Numbered from the stretch's first letter, positions 1 to 13,019 are shown. The stretch is 64,000 nucleotides of DNA from Octopus vulgaris (GCA_951406725.2 CATOCA020000001.1:4216001-4280000), one strand, 5' to 3'. Made by a program: numbers and translations. Notes: generated by a model from the sequence alone, not told the origin.

Positions 1-577
1 GCTTCCACTTCAGTTGCTCTATTACATAAATAACGTGAAGTGAATGACAAAATTGGAAGTTGAATGATAATATTGAAATAAGAAATGGAGGAATTTGCAA
101 AATATAAAATAAAGGAATAATATATTCACATTTCACACAGAACTACACTTATATATGAACATACACATATACTTCAGCTAAAAATATTTGATACACACAT
201 GTAAACTCACAAACGTTCCCATTTCTAATACAAATTCATATCAAAATCATTGAAATTTGGGGAACCAAAATGAGTTATTGAGATGCGAATTGAAACAACG
301 CAACTACAATAAAGGAATATTATATTTTTCCTATTATTTCATTTTCTCTCTAAAATGCTCTCTCTTTCTTTCACATTCTCCCGCTCTCACCTATTCTCTT
401 TGTATCTTCCTAAATCTTGTTCATTCTACAAGTTTGAATTGATTTTGTTCGGTGCAGGAGAATATTGGAATAAGAAATGGAGTAGGATGCAAAATATAAA
501 TTATACATTTGTGAGCTTATATATCAGCATCAATTATTACTTTCGGAAAATAGTATCAAGAAATTAAACGAACTTAC

Positions 578-649
578 AAGTAGTTTAAATTCGAAAGCCC
601 TGTGAATGTACCTTCTTTGATGGTTGCAATGTTGTTGGAACCAAGATAT
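578..649 (-). CDS. 72-nt LRR exon, type A (YLGSNNIATIKEGTFTGLSNLNYL); gene continues beyond the left edge
   Basis: ctgctatag| acceptor, |gtaagt donor, open, phase 2-2. Confidence 0.88.
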
Positions 650-724
650 CTATAGCAGTAAAGAAAGAGTAAAATAGATTAGATGGAACAAATTTGTGAT
701 GCGACATCAAACACTGTGACTTCA

Positions 725-1169
725 GAATGAAAGGAAGAAAAAGAAGAAAGATAACGAAGAAGAAGAAGGAGGAGGAGGATGTGGACAAGAAGAAGAAGAA
801 GAAGAAGAAGAAGTAGAAGAAGAACGGAGAAGAGAAGAAGAAGAAGAAGAGGAAGAAGAATTGACGAGGAGGTGGAGGAGGCGGAGGAGGTGGAGGAGGC
901 GGAGGAGGTGGAGAGGTGGGGAGGTTAGGAGGAGGACAAAGGAAAGGATGACTGAGCAGGGGGCCGTTGGGGGTAGCAGCAGAAGGAGCAAGAAGAGCAG
1001 GAGAATGAAAATAAGAGGAGGAATTGGCAGAGAATGGAAAAGAGGGAGACAAGTGACGGAGCAGAAAGTATAGAGAAGAAAAAGAAGAAAAAAAGAAGGC
1101 AAAGAAGAAGACAAAGAAGAAGTAGAACACGGAGAAAAGTAACAAGAAGAAGAAGATGAAGTGAAGAAG

Positions 1170-1201
<32 letters not shown>

Positions 1202-1445
1202 GAAGAAGAAGAAGACAAAGAAAAGGAAGAAGTAGAAGAAGAGGAACATGAAGAAGATGAAGAAGGAAAGAAGAAAAAGACGAAGAAGATGAAGAAGAAG
1301 AAAAATAGAAGAGAAAGAAGAAATTGAAGAAAAAGGAGGATGAGTAGGACAAAGAGGGTAGGTTGAGGAGGAGAATTGCTATAAGAAGAAGAAGAAAAAG
1401 GAGGAGAAGGAGGTGAAGGAGGAGGGGGAATAGGAGAATTACAAG
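725..1445 (+). repeat. Long GAA/GGA polypurine tract (others at ~1995-2550, 3735-4480, 5000-5495, 6620-7470, 7995-8570, 9650-11155, 12295-12850)
   Basis: Near-pure purine strand with (GAA)n runs; source of the poly-S/L/F/R/E pseudo-ORFs. Confidence 0.95.
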
Positions 1446-1817
1446 AAGAACAAAACAACAACAACAATAGCAAAAAATTTATTTCGGTGGAAGTGTGAAT
1501 AAATAACCACACGGTAGCACAGAATCAAGAGAACAATGTGTAAGAAAACAGTAGCTAAAACTTATATTAATAGTGCAGATACATACATACATATGAACAT
1601 ACACATATATATTTTCAGGAATAACATTTTTATGCAGACAATTATCAACTGACAGTCATTGACATGTTCACACTCAATCAAATAAATATAACACGAATAT
1701 GAGAACTGAATATGATTTACAGTAATAGAGAGTGAGAAAACATGGAAATAAGGGGATATTAAATTTATAGACGGAGTATATTCCACATGTATAAACGACA
1801 ACATTGAAAGAACTTAC

Positions 1818-1889
1818 AATTCCTCTAAGTTTTGAAGGCCTTGAAACATCTCTTTTTCAATCCTAGAAATTTTATTGTTGCGAAGACCT
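1818..1889 (-). CDS. 72-nt LRR exon, type B (GLRNNKISRIEKEMFQGLQNLEEL)
   Basis: cctgcttcag| acceptor, |gtaagt donor, open, phase 2-2. Confidence 0.88.
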
Positions 1890-2549
1890 CTGAAGCAGGA
1901 AACAATATTGGTTAGATTGACATAATGTGAATTGCGAAAACATATTCAATATTGTTCTTTATTTAAAGGGACAAAATTATAGGAAAATAATACGAGAAGA
2001 GGAACAAGAAAGAGATTGAGGAGAAGAAGAAGAATAAGAAGAAGAAGGAGAGGAGGGGAAGGGGAAAAGAAGAAGACAAGGAGGAAGAGAATGGGGGAGA
2101 AGAAGTAGAAGAAGGAGGAGTTGGAGGAGGAGGAGGAGGAGGAGAGGTGAAGAAGAATGAGGACAGGGAAGGACAAGGAAATGCAGGATGGGGTGGAAAA
2201 TAGGAGGAGGTTCAGAGGGTAGAGTATAAGAAGATATAGAAGATTAAAAAGTGGAGGAAAAAAAAGAAAAAGGAGAAGGAAGAAGAGAAAAATAGGTGGA
2301 GGCGGAGGAGTAGGAGGAAGGGGAAGTAGAAGAAAAGGACAAAGGAGAAGGAGGAGGAGGAGAAGTAGGAGAAGAAGAAGAAGAAGAAGAAGAAGAAGAA
2401 GAGAAGAAGAAGAAGAAGAAGAAGAAGAAGAAGAAGAAGAAGAAGAAGAATATGAAGAAGAAGAAGAATATGAAGAAGAAGAAGAAGAAGAAGAAGAAGA
2501 AGAAGAAGAAGAAGAAGAAGAAGAAGAAGAAGAAGAAGAAGAAGAAGAT

Positions 2550-2603
2550 GACACTTTCAAAATCATGGTATTCAAGACGAGATTGAAATTGTTCTCAAGA
2601 TAT
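2550..2603 (-). pseudogene. Decayed LRR exon relic (YLENNF-[1-nt loss]-SRLEYHDFES); copies also at ~5496-5534, 8572-8625, 11155-11208
   Basis: LRR-like translation after restoring one base. The acceptor reads tttcctg instead of ...ag, and the 3' half is replaced by (TCT)n. Confidence 0.6.
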
Positions 2604-3585
2604 CAGGAAATAATTCAAGGATAGAGCGGTAAATTTTGATCGAGAAGACATGGCTGAAAAATCAGGGAATATACGGAATCAGAAATCAACATATTCAAAT
2701 GCACGCATACACATTCTTATATTCATAGTATCAACGACGGAATGCGCTATGCACACTCACATCACACATATTCCCACTCACCCTTGTGGAAATATGATTG
2801 ATTGATTGATTCTAGTTTCAGCTCATGAGCTGTGGCCATGCTGGGGCACGGTAAGAAAGATTATTTATTTCATATCGCTTCATTGTCACAAGAATATTAG
2901 TAGACACACGCTTACAAGAAATATATCAGCAGTTTAATTGTATCAGGCGAAATAATTCCAGCTTACAAGTACAGTAAGTATTTCAGGTTTACAGATAGAA
3001 TATATGTGACTATATTCGAATTTATATTTTCCGCTTCCACTTCAGTGGCTCGATTACATAAATAACGTGAAGTGAATGACAAAATTCGAAGTTGAATGAT
3101 AATATCGAAACACGAAGGAGAATATTGAAATAAGAAATGGAGGAGGATGCAAAATATAAACTAAAGTCACATTTCACACAGAACTACACATATATATGGA
3201 CATACACATATACTTCAGCTAAAAATATTTGATGCAAACATGTAAACTAACAAACGTTATAATTTCTAATACAAATTCATATCAAAATCATTGAAATTTG
3301 GGGAACAAAAATGAGTTATTGAAATGCGAATTGAAACAAAGCAACTACAATAAAGGAATATTATATTTTCCTATTATTTCACTTTCTCTCTCAAATTCTC
3401 TCTCTCCTTCTTTCACATTGTCTCGCTCTCTCCTATTCTCTTTGTATCATCCTAAATCATGTTCATTCTACAAGTTTGAATTGATTTTGTTTGGTGGAGT
3501 CTGAAATTTTATACATTTGTGAGCTTATATATCAGCATCAATTATTACTTTCGGAAAATAGTATCAAGAAACTGAAGGAACTTAC

Positions 3586-3657
3586 AATGTGTTCAAATTG
3601 GAAAGCCCCGTGAATGTACCTTCTTTGATGGTTGAAATGTTGTTGGCACCAAGACGT
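3586..3657 (-). CDS. 72-nt LRR exon, type A (RLGANNISTIKEGTFTGLSNLNTL)
   Basis: ctgctttag| acceptor, |gtaagt donor, open, phase 2-2. Confidence 0.88.
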
Positions 3658-4823
3658 CTAAAGCAGTAAAGAAAGAGTAAAATAGATTATATGTAAAATA
3701 TTTGTGATACGACATGAAAGACTGTGACTTCAGAATGAAAGGAATAAAAAGAAGAAATATAACGAAGAAGAAAAAGAAGAGAAGAAAGAAGAAGAAGGAA
3801 GAGGAAGAGAAGAAGAAGAAAAAGAAGAATAAGGAGGAGGAAGAGGAGAAGAAGAAGAAGAAGTAGTAAGAAAACGTAGAAGAAGAAAGGAGAAGATAAA
3901 GGAGAAGAAGAAGACCTAGAAGAAGAAAAAGAAGAAGAAGAATTGGGGAAGAGGCGGTGGAGGAGAGGTGGGGATGTTAGGAGGAGGACAAAGGAATGGA
4001 TGACTGAGGAGGGGCAGCTGGGGATAGCAGCAGAAGGAGCAGGAAGAGCAGGAGGATGAGAATAAGAGGAAGAATTGGCAGAGAATGGAAAAGAGGGAGA
4101 CCATTGAAGAAGCAGAAAGTACAGAGAAGAAAAAGAAGAAGAAGAAAAGAAGGCAAAGAAGAAGACAAAGAAGAAGTAGAACACGAAGAAAAGTAACAAG
4201 AAGAAGAAGAAGATGAAGTAGAAGAAGAATAAGAGGAAGAAGAAGAAGAAGACGACGAAGAAGAAGAGGAACATGAAGGAGATGAAGAAGGAAAGAAGAA
4301 GACGAAGAAGATGAAGAAGAAGAAAAATAGAAGAAGAGAAAGAAGAAATTGAAGAAAAAGGAGGATGAGTAGGACGAAGAGGGGAGGTTGAGGAGGAGAA
4401 TTGCAATAAGAAGAAGAAGAAAAAGGAGGAGAAGGAGGTGGAGGAGGAGGGGAATAGGAGAATTACAAGAAGAAGAACAAAACAACACCACAACAATAGC
4501 AAAAAATTCATTTCGGTGGTGTGTGGATAAATAACCACACGGCAGCACAGAATCAAAAGAACAATGTGTAAGAAAATAGTAGCTAAAACTTATATTATAT
4601 GAACATACACATATATATTTTCAGGAATAACATTTTTATGCAGACAATTATCAACTGACAGTCATTGACATGTTCAGACTCAATCAAATAAATATAACAC
4701 GAATATGAGAACTGAATATGATTTACTGTATTAGAGAGTGAGAAAACATGGAAATAAGGGGATATTAAATTTAAAGACATAGTATATTCCTCATGTATAA
4801 ACGACGACATTGAAAGAACTTAC

Positions 4824-4895
4824 AATTTCTCTAAGTTGTGAAGGCCTTGAAACATCTCTTTTTCAATCCTTGAAATTTTATTGTTGTCAAGATCT
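4824..4895 (-). CDS. 72-nt LRR exon, type B (DLDNNKISRIEKEMFQGLHNLEKL)
   Basis: cctgcttcag| acceptor, |gtaagt donor, open, phase 2-2. Confidence 0.88.
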
Positions 4896-6474
4896 CTGAA
4901 GCAGGAAACAATATTGGTTAGATTGACATAGTGTGAATTGCGATAACATATTCAATATTGTTCTTTATTTAAAGGGACAAAATTATAGGAAAATAATACA
5001 AGAAGTGGAGGAACAGGAAAGAGATTGAGGAGAAGAAGAAGAATAAGAAGAAGAAGGAGAGGAGGGGAAGGGGAAAAGAAGAAGTCAAGGAGGAAGAGAA
5101 GGGGGAGAAGAAGGAGGAGGAGGAGGTGAAGAAGGATGAGGATGAGCACAGGGAAGGACAAGGAGATGCAGGAGGGGGAGGAAAATAGGAGGAGGTGCAG
5201 AGGGTAGAGTATAAGAAGATATAGAAGATTAAAAAGTGGAGGAAGAAAAAGAAAAAGAAGGAGGAGAAGGAAGAAGAGAAAAATAGGTGGAGGCGGAGGA
5301 GGAGGAGGAGGAAGGGGAAGAAGAAGAAGAAGACAAAGGAGAAGGAGGAGGAGGAAGGAGAAGTAGAAGAAAAAGAAGGAGGAGGAGGATAAGTAGGAGG
5401 AGAAGAAATAGAAGAAGAAGAAGAAGAAGAAGAAGAAGAAGAAGAAGAAGAAGAAGAAGAAGAAGAAGAAGAAGAAGAAGAAGAAGAAGAAGATGATGGT
5501 GTTGAAGACGAAACTGAAATTGTTCTCAAGATATCAGGAAATAATTCAAGGATAGAACGAAAAATTTTGGGCGAGAAGACATGGGTGAAAAATCAGGGAA
5601 TATACGGAATCAGAAATCAACATATTCAAATGCACTCATACACATTCTTATATTCATAGTATCAACAACGGAATGCGGTATGCACATTCACATCACACCT
5701 ATTCCCACTCACCCTTGTGGAAATATGGTGAGAGAGATTATTTATTTCATCTCGCTTCATTGTCACAAGAATATTAGAAAACACACGCTTACAAGAAATA
5801 TATCAGCAGTTTAATTGTATCAGGCCAAATATTCCAGCTTACAAGTACAGTAAGTATTTCAGGTTTACAGATAGAATGTATGTGACTATATTATTCGAAT
5901 ATATATTTTCCGCTTCCACTTCAGTTGCTCTATTACATGAATAACATGAAGTGAATGACAAAATTCGAAGTTGAATGATAATATCGAAACACGAAGGAGA
6001 ATATTGAAATAAGAAATGGAGGAGGATGCAAAATATAAAATAAAGGAATAATATATTCACATTTCACATAGAACTACACTTATATATGAACATACACACG
6101 TACTTCAGCTAAAAATATTTGATGCAAACATGTAAACTCACAAACGTTACCATTTCTAATACAAATTCATATCAAAATCATTGAAATTTGGGGAATCAAA
6201 AATGAGTTATCGAGATGCGAATTGAAACAGAGCAACAAAAATAAAGGAACATTATATTTTTCCTATTATTTCATTTTTTCTATCAAATTCTCTCTCTTCT
6301 TTCCCGTTGTCTCGCCCTCTTATATTCTCTTTGTATCTCCCTAAATCTTGTTCATTCTACAAATTTGAATTGATTTTGTTTGGTTCAGTTTGAAATTTTA
6401 TACATTTGTGAGCTTATATATAAGCATCAATTATTTCTTTCGGAAAATAGTATCAAGAAACTGAACGAACTTAC

Positions 6475-6546
6475 AATTCTTTTAAATTTGAAAGCCCCGT
6501 GAATGTACCTTCTTTGATGGTTGAAATGTTGTTCGCATACAGATAC
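6475..6546 (-). CDS. 72-nt LRR exon, type A (YLYANNISTIKEGTFTGLSNLKEL)
   Basis: ctgctatag| acceptor, |gtaagt donor, open, phase 2-2. Confidence 0.88.
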
Positions 6547-7838
6547 CTATAGCAGTAAAGAAAGAGTTAAATAGATTATATGGAAAATATTTGTGATACG
6601 ACATCAAACACTGTGACTTCAGAATGAAAGGAAGAAAAAGAAGAAAGATAACGAAGAAGAAGTAGAAGAAGAAGAAGAATGAAGAAGAAGAAGAAGAAGA
6701 AGAAGAAGAAGGAGAGGAAGGAGAATTGACGAGGAGGTGGAGGAGGCAGTGTAGGTGGAGAGGTGGGGAGGTTAGGAGGAGGACAAAGGAAGGGATGACG
6801 GAGCAGGGGGCCGCTGGGGGTAGCAGCAGAAGAAGCAGGAAGAGCTGCAGACTGAGAATAAGAGGAAGAATTGGCAGAGAATGGAAAAGAGGGAGACCAG
6901 TGACGGAGCAGAAAGTACAGAGAAGAAAAAGAAGAAAAAGAATAAGGAGAAAAAGAAGAAGAAGAAGAAGAAGAAGAAGAAGAAGAAAAAGCAGAGAAGA
7001 AGGAGATGAAGATGAAGAAGAAGACAAAGAAAAGGAAGAAGTAGAAGAAGAAGTGGAACATGAAGAAGATGAAGAAGGAAAGAAGAAGGCATAGAAGAAG
7101 TAGAACACGAAGAAAAGTAACAATAAGAAGATGAAGTAGAAAAAGAATAAGAGGAAGAAAAGGAAGAAGAAGAAGAAGAAGAAGAAGAAGAAGACATGAA
7201 GAAGAAGAAGAAGAAGTTGAAGAATGAAGAAGAAGAAGAAGAGGAACATGAAGAAGAGGAACATGAAGAAGTTGAAGAATGAAAGAAGAAGACGAAGAAG
7301 ATGAAGAAGAAGAAAAATAGAAGAAGAGAACGAAGAAATTGAAGAACAAGGAGTATGAGTAGGACGAAGAGGGGAGGTTGAGGAGGAGAATTGCAATAAG
7401 AAGAAGAAGAAAAAGAAGGAGAAGGAGGTGGAGGAGGAGGGGGAAAAGGATAATTACAAGAAGAAGAACAAAACAACAACAACAACAATAACAAAAAAAT
7501 TATCTCGGTGGAAGTGTGGATAAATAACCACACGGTAGCACAGAATCAAGAGAACAATGTGTAAGAAAATAGTAGCTAAACCTTATATTAATAGTGCAGA
7601 TACATACATACATATGAACATACACATATATATTTTCAGGAATAACATTTTTATGCAGACAATTATCAACTGACAGTCATTGACATGTTCAGACTCAATC
7701 AAATAAATATAACACGAATATGAGAACTGAATATGATTTACAGTAATAGAGAGTGAGAAAACATGGAAATAAGGGGATATTAAATTTAAAGACATAGTAT
7801 ATTCCTCATGTATAAACGACAACATTGAAAGAACTTAC

Positions 7839-7910
7839 AATTTCTCTAAGTTGTGAAGGCCTTGAAACATTTCTTTTTCAATCCTTGAAATTTTATTGTT
7901 GGCAAGACGT
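7839..7910 (-). CDS. 72-nt LRR exon, type B (RLANNKISRIEKEMFQGLHNLEKL)
   Basis: cctgcttcag| acceptor, |gtaagt donor, open, phase 2-2, LRR consensus. Confidence 0.88.
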
Positions 7911-10900
7911 CTGAAGCAGGAAACAATATTGGTTAGATTGACATAGTGTGAATTGCGATAACATATTCAATATTGTTCTTTATGAAAAGGGACAAAATTA
8001 TAGGAAAATAGTAAAAGAAGAAGAGGAACAGGAAAGAGATTGAGGAGAAGAAGAAGAATAAGAAGAAGAAGGAGAGGAGGGGAAGGGGAAAAGAAGAAGA
8101 CAAGGAGGAAGAGAATGGAGGAGAAGAAGTAGAAGAAGGAGGAGGTGGATGAGGAGGAGGAGGAGGAGGATGGTAGGTGAAGAAGAATGAGGACAGGGAA
8201 GGACAAGGAGATGCAGGAGGGGGAGGAAAATAGGAGGAGGATCAGAGGGTAGAGTATAAGAAGATATAGAAGATTAATAAGTGGAGGAAAAAAAAGAAAA
8301 AGAAGGAGAAGGAAGAAGAGAAAAATAGGTGGAGGCGGAGGAGTAGGAGGAAGGGGAAGTAGAAGAAAAGAAGGAGGAGAAGGAGGAGGAGAAGAGGAGA
8401 AGAGAAGAAGAAGAAGAAGAAGAAGAAGAAGAAGAAGAAGAAGAAGAAGAAGAAGAAGAAGAAGAAGAAGAAGAAGAAGAAGAATATGAAGAAGAAGAAT
8501 ATGAAGAAGAAGAAGAAGAAGAAGAAGAAGAAGAAGAAGAAGAAGAAGAAGAAGAAGAAGAAGAAGAAGATGACACTTTCAAAATCATGGTATTCAAGAC
8601 GAGATTGAAATTGTTCTCAAGATATCAGGAAATAATTCAAGGATAGAGCGGTAAATTTTGATCGAGAAGACATGGCTGAAAAATCAGGGAATATACGGAA
8701 TCAGAAATCAACATATTCAAATGCACTCATACGCATTCTTATATTCATAGTATCAACGACGGAATGCGCTATGCACACTCACATCACACATATTCCCACT
8801 CACCCTTGTGGAAATATGATTGATTGATTGATTCTAGTTTCAGCTCATGAGCTGTGGCCATGCTGGGGCACGGTAAGAAAGATTATTTATTTCATATCGC
8901 TTCATTGTCACACGAATATTAGAAGACGCTCACAAGAAATATATCAGCAGTTTAATTGTATCAGGCCAAATATTCCAGCTTACAAGTACAGTAAGTATTT
9001 CAGGTTTACAGATAGAATGTATGTGACTTATTATTCGAATATATATTTTCCGCTTCCACTTCAGTTGCTCTATTACATAAATAACATGAAGTGAATGACA
9101 AAATTCGAAGTTGAATGATAATATCGAAACACGAAGGAGAATATTGAAATAAGAAATGGAGGAGGATGCAAAATATAAAAAGGAATATTTCACATTTCAC
9201 ACAGAACTACACATATATATGAACATACACATATACTTCAGCTAAAAATATTTGATGCAAACATGTAAACTCACAAACGTTACCATTTCTAATACAAATT
9301 CATATCAAAATCATTGAAATTTGCGAATTGGGATTGCCTTAGTTTTTTCGTCTTTTTAGCCCTTTGCTCCTTACTCTTGCTGTATTAAACCTCAGTTTGT
9401 TACCAATTAGCCATCTATGCTAAATCCTTCAAATAAATGATCCCCTAAATAGCATCCCTGTTAATCATTCCTGTAAAGGTTAATCTGCAACAGCTCAAAC
9501 GGAATATTAATGATATCTGTCTCACAAGTATTGGAGATCTTGCAGAACTTAAATTTCTCTAAGAGTAAACATAGATTCAATATTGAAAATATTTGTGATA
9601 CTGAACATCAAACACTGTGACTTCAGAATGAAAGGAAGATAACATAAATATTCAGAAGAAGAATGATAGGAAGATAATAGCGAGAAGAAGAGGAACAGGA
9701 GAAGAGATTGAGGGAAGAAGAAGAAGAAGAAGAAGAAAAGGAGAGTAGGAGAATTGAAGAAGGAGGAAGGAGGAAAGATTGCCGTGTGTCAGAACGCAAT
9801 GTATTCTGCTAGACGGTCAAATGAATTAGTAGAAGAAGAAAGAGAAGAAGGAGAAGAAAGAAGAAGGGGAAGAAGTAATAGGAGAAGAAGGAAGAAGGAG
9901 GAGAAGAGGATGGTAAAAGGGAAGAAGTAGTAGCGGAAGAAGTAAGAAGAAGAAGAAGGAGGAGGAGGGAGGATGACAAGAGAAGAAGAAAAGAAGTAGA
10001 AAGAAGAAGAAGAAGAAGAAGGAAGAGGAGGAAAAAGGAGGAGGAGGAGAATGATGGGGAAGAATAAGTAGAGGAGAAAGAAAAGAAGAAGAAGAAGAAG
10101 GAGGAGGAGGGGAGAGAATAACAAAAAGAAGAAATAGAAGAAGAAGAAGAGGAATAGGAAGAGAAGAAGTAAAGAAGAAGAAGAAGAAGAAGAAGAAGAA
10201 GAAAGAAGAAGAAGAAAATGAGAAGAGAAGAGAGAAGTAGAAGAAGAAGAAGAAAAGAAGAGTAGAGAAGAAGAAGAAGAAGAAGAAGAAGAAGGAGGAG
10301 GAGAAGAGAAAAAGAAGAATTAGAAGAAGACGCAGAAGAAGAAGAAAAAGATGCGGGAGAGGAGGGGGAGGAGGAGAATTACAAGAAAAAAGGAGGAGGA
10401 AGAGAGGAGAAGTAGAAGAAAGAAAGAAGAAGAAAAATAGGAGGAAAAGTAGAGAAGAAGAAGAAGAAGGAGGAGAGGAGGAGGAAAAGTAGAAGAAGAA
10501 GAAGTAGGAAAAAGAAGAAGAGTAGAAGAAGAAGAAGAAAAGAAGAAGAAGAAGAGGAGGAAAGGAGTAGGAGGATGAAGGCGAAAAGTAGAAGAGGATG
10601 TAGGAGAAGAAGAAGAAGAAATAAGTAGAAGCGATAGAAGAAGAAAAAGAATAAGGAGAAGGAGAAGCGAAGAAGAAGAAGAAGAAGAAGACGAAGAAGG
10701 AGAAGAAGAAGAAGAAGAAGAAGAAAATGAAAAACGAGCAGGAGAGGAGGGGAGGAGGAGAATTACAAGAGGAAAAATGAGGAGGAGGGGCGGAGTGGAG
10801 GGGGAAGAGAATTTAAAGAAGAAAATGAAGAATAAGAAGAAGAAAGAAATTAGAAGAGGAAGAAGGAGTAGGAGGAGTAGAAGAAGAAGAAGAAGAAGAA

Positions 10901-12148
10901 GAAGAAGAAGAAGAAGAAGAAGAAGAAGAAGAAGGAAAAGAAGAAAAAGAAGAGAAGAAAAAGAAGGAGGAGAAGGAGCAGCAGGAGGAGGAGAAGAAGA
11001 AGAAGAAGAAGAAGAAGAAGAAGAAGAAGAAGAAGAAGAAGAAGAAGAAGAAGAAGAAAGAAGAAGAAGAAGAAGAAGAAGAAGAAGAAGAAGAAGAAGA
11101 AGAAGAAGAAGAAGAAGAAGAAGGAGAAGAAAAAGAAGAAGAAGAAGAAGAAGAATAACATTGAAAATCATGGTGTTGAAGACGAAACTGAAATTGTTCT
11201 CAAGATATCAGGAAATAATTCAAGGATAGAGCGATAAATTTTGGGCGAGAAGACATGGCTGAAAAATCAGGGAATATACGGAATCAGAAATCAACATATT
11301 CAAATGCACTCATTCGCATTCTTATATTCATAGTATCAACGACGGAATGCGGTATGCACACTCACATCACACATATTCCCACTCACCCTTGTGGAAATAT
11401 GGTGAGAGAGATTATTTATTTCATATCGCTTCATTGTCACAAGAATATTAGAAAACACACGCTTACAAGAAATATATCAGCAGTTTAATTGTATCAGGCC
11501 AAATATCCCAGCTTACAACTACAATAAGTATTTCAGGTTTACAGATAGAATGTATGTGACTATATTATTCGAATATATATTTTCCGCTTCCACTTCAGTG
11601 GCTCTATTACATAAATAACGTGAAGTGAATGACAAAATTCGAAGTTGAATGATAATATCGAAACACGAAGGAGAATATTGAATTAGGAAATGGAGGAGGA
11701 TGCAAAATATAAAATAAAGGAATAATATATTCACATTTCACACAGAACTACACTTATATATGAACATACACATATACTTCAGCTAAAAATATTTGATGCA
11801 AACATGTAAACTCACAAACGTTACCATCTCTAATACAGATTCATAAAAAAGTCATTGAAATTTGGGGAACAAAAATGCGTTATTGAGATGCGAATTGAAT
11901 CAAAGCAACTACAATAAAGGAACCTTATATTTTTCCTATTATTTCACTTTCTCTCTCAAATTCTCTCTCTTTCTTTCACATTGTCTCGCTCTCTCCTATT
12001 CTCTTTGTATCTTCCTAAATCTTGTTCATTCTACAAATTTGAATTGATTTTGTTTGGCGCAGTCTGAAATTTTATACATTTGTGAGCTTATATATCAGCA
12101 TCAAAGATTACTTTCGGAAAATAGTATCAAGAAATTAAACGAACTTAC

Positions 12149-12220
12149 AATTCTTTTAAATTTGAAAGCCCCGTGAATGCACCTTCTTTGATGGTTGCAA
12201 TGTTGTTGTAACCAAGATAT
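12149..12220 (-). CDS. 72-nt LRR exon, type A (YLGYNNIATIKEGAFTGLSNLKEL)
   Basis: ctgctatag| acceptor, |gtaagt donor, open frame, phase 2-2, fits xLxxNxIxxIxxxxFxGLxxLxxL. Confidence 0.9.
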
Positions 12221-13019
12221 CTATAGCAGTAAAGAAAGAGTAAAATAGATTATATGGAAAATATTTGTGATACGATATCAAACACTGTGACTTCAGAATG
12301 AAAGGAAGAAAAAGAAGAAAGATAACGAAGAACAAAAAGAAGAAATAGAAGAAGAAAAAGAAGAAGGAGAATTGGGGAGGAGGTGAAGAAGAAGAGGAAG
12401 AAGAAGAATAAGAAGAAGACGAAGGAGAAGACGAAGAAGAAGAAGAAGAAGAAGAAGAAGACGAAGAAGAAGAAGAAGAAGAAGAAGAAGAAGAAGAAGA
12501 TGAAGAAGAAGAAAAAGAAGAAGACGAAGAAGAAGAAGTAGAAGACGAAAGAGAGTGAGGAGGAGGTGGAGGAGGCGGAGGGGGAGGAGAGGTGGGGAGG
12601 TTAGGAGGAGGACAAAGGAAGGAATGACTGAGGAGGGGCAGCTTGGGGTAGCTGCAGAAGGAGCAGGAAGAGCAGGAGGATGAGTATAAGAGGAAGAATT
12701 GGCAGAGAATGGAAGAGAGGGAGACCAGTGACGAAGTAGAAAGTACAGAGAAGAAAAAGAAGAAGAAGAAGAAGAAGAAGAAGAAGAAGAAGAAGAAGAA
12801 GAAGAAGAAGAAGAAGAAGAAGAAGAAGAAGAAAAAGAAGCAGGAGGAGAGAATGTCTTAATGTGGCAGCCGTTTCGTGTTTATTTCCTACTTGACTTGC
12901 ACAACCTCGAGTATCCGCTTCGCGTCTCAATGTACCAACACACACATCCACACACATACACGCACATGTATGCATATATACGCACATACACACATATGTA
13001 TATCTACCTCTGGGTGCGA

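Larger units (their letters stand above)
1..12850. repeat. Tandem array of ~3-kb units carrying LRR exons (unit starts ~1, 3033, 5912, 9052, 11586; fourth unit rearranged, fifth partial)
   Basis: Anchor gcttccacttcagt(t/g)gctc recurs at these positions with colinear, highly similar intron blocks. Confidence 0.95.

Noticed and set aside
585-11229. Long ORFs rich in poly-S/L/F/R/E
   Set aside because: These are translations of GAA/TTC tracts. The real coding signal is the spliced 72-nt exons, which these ORFs do not capture.
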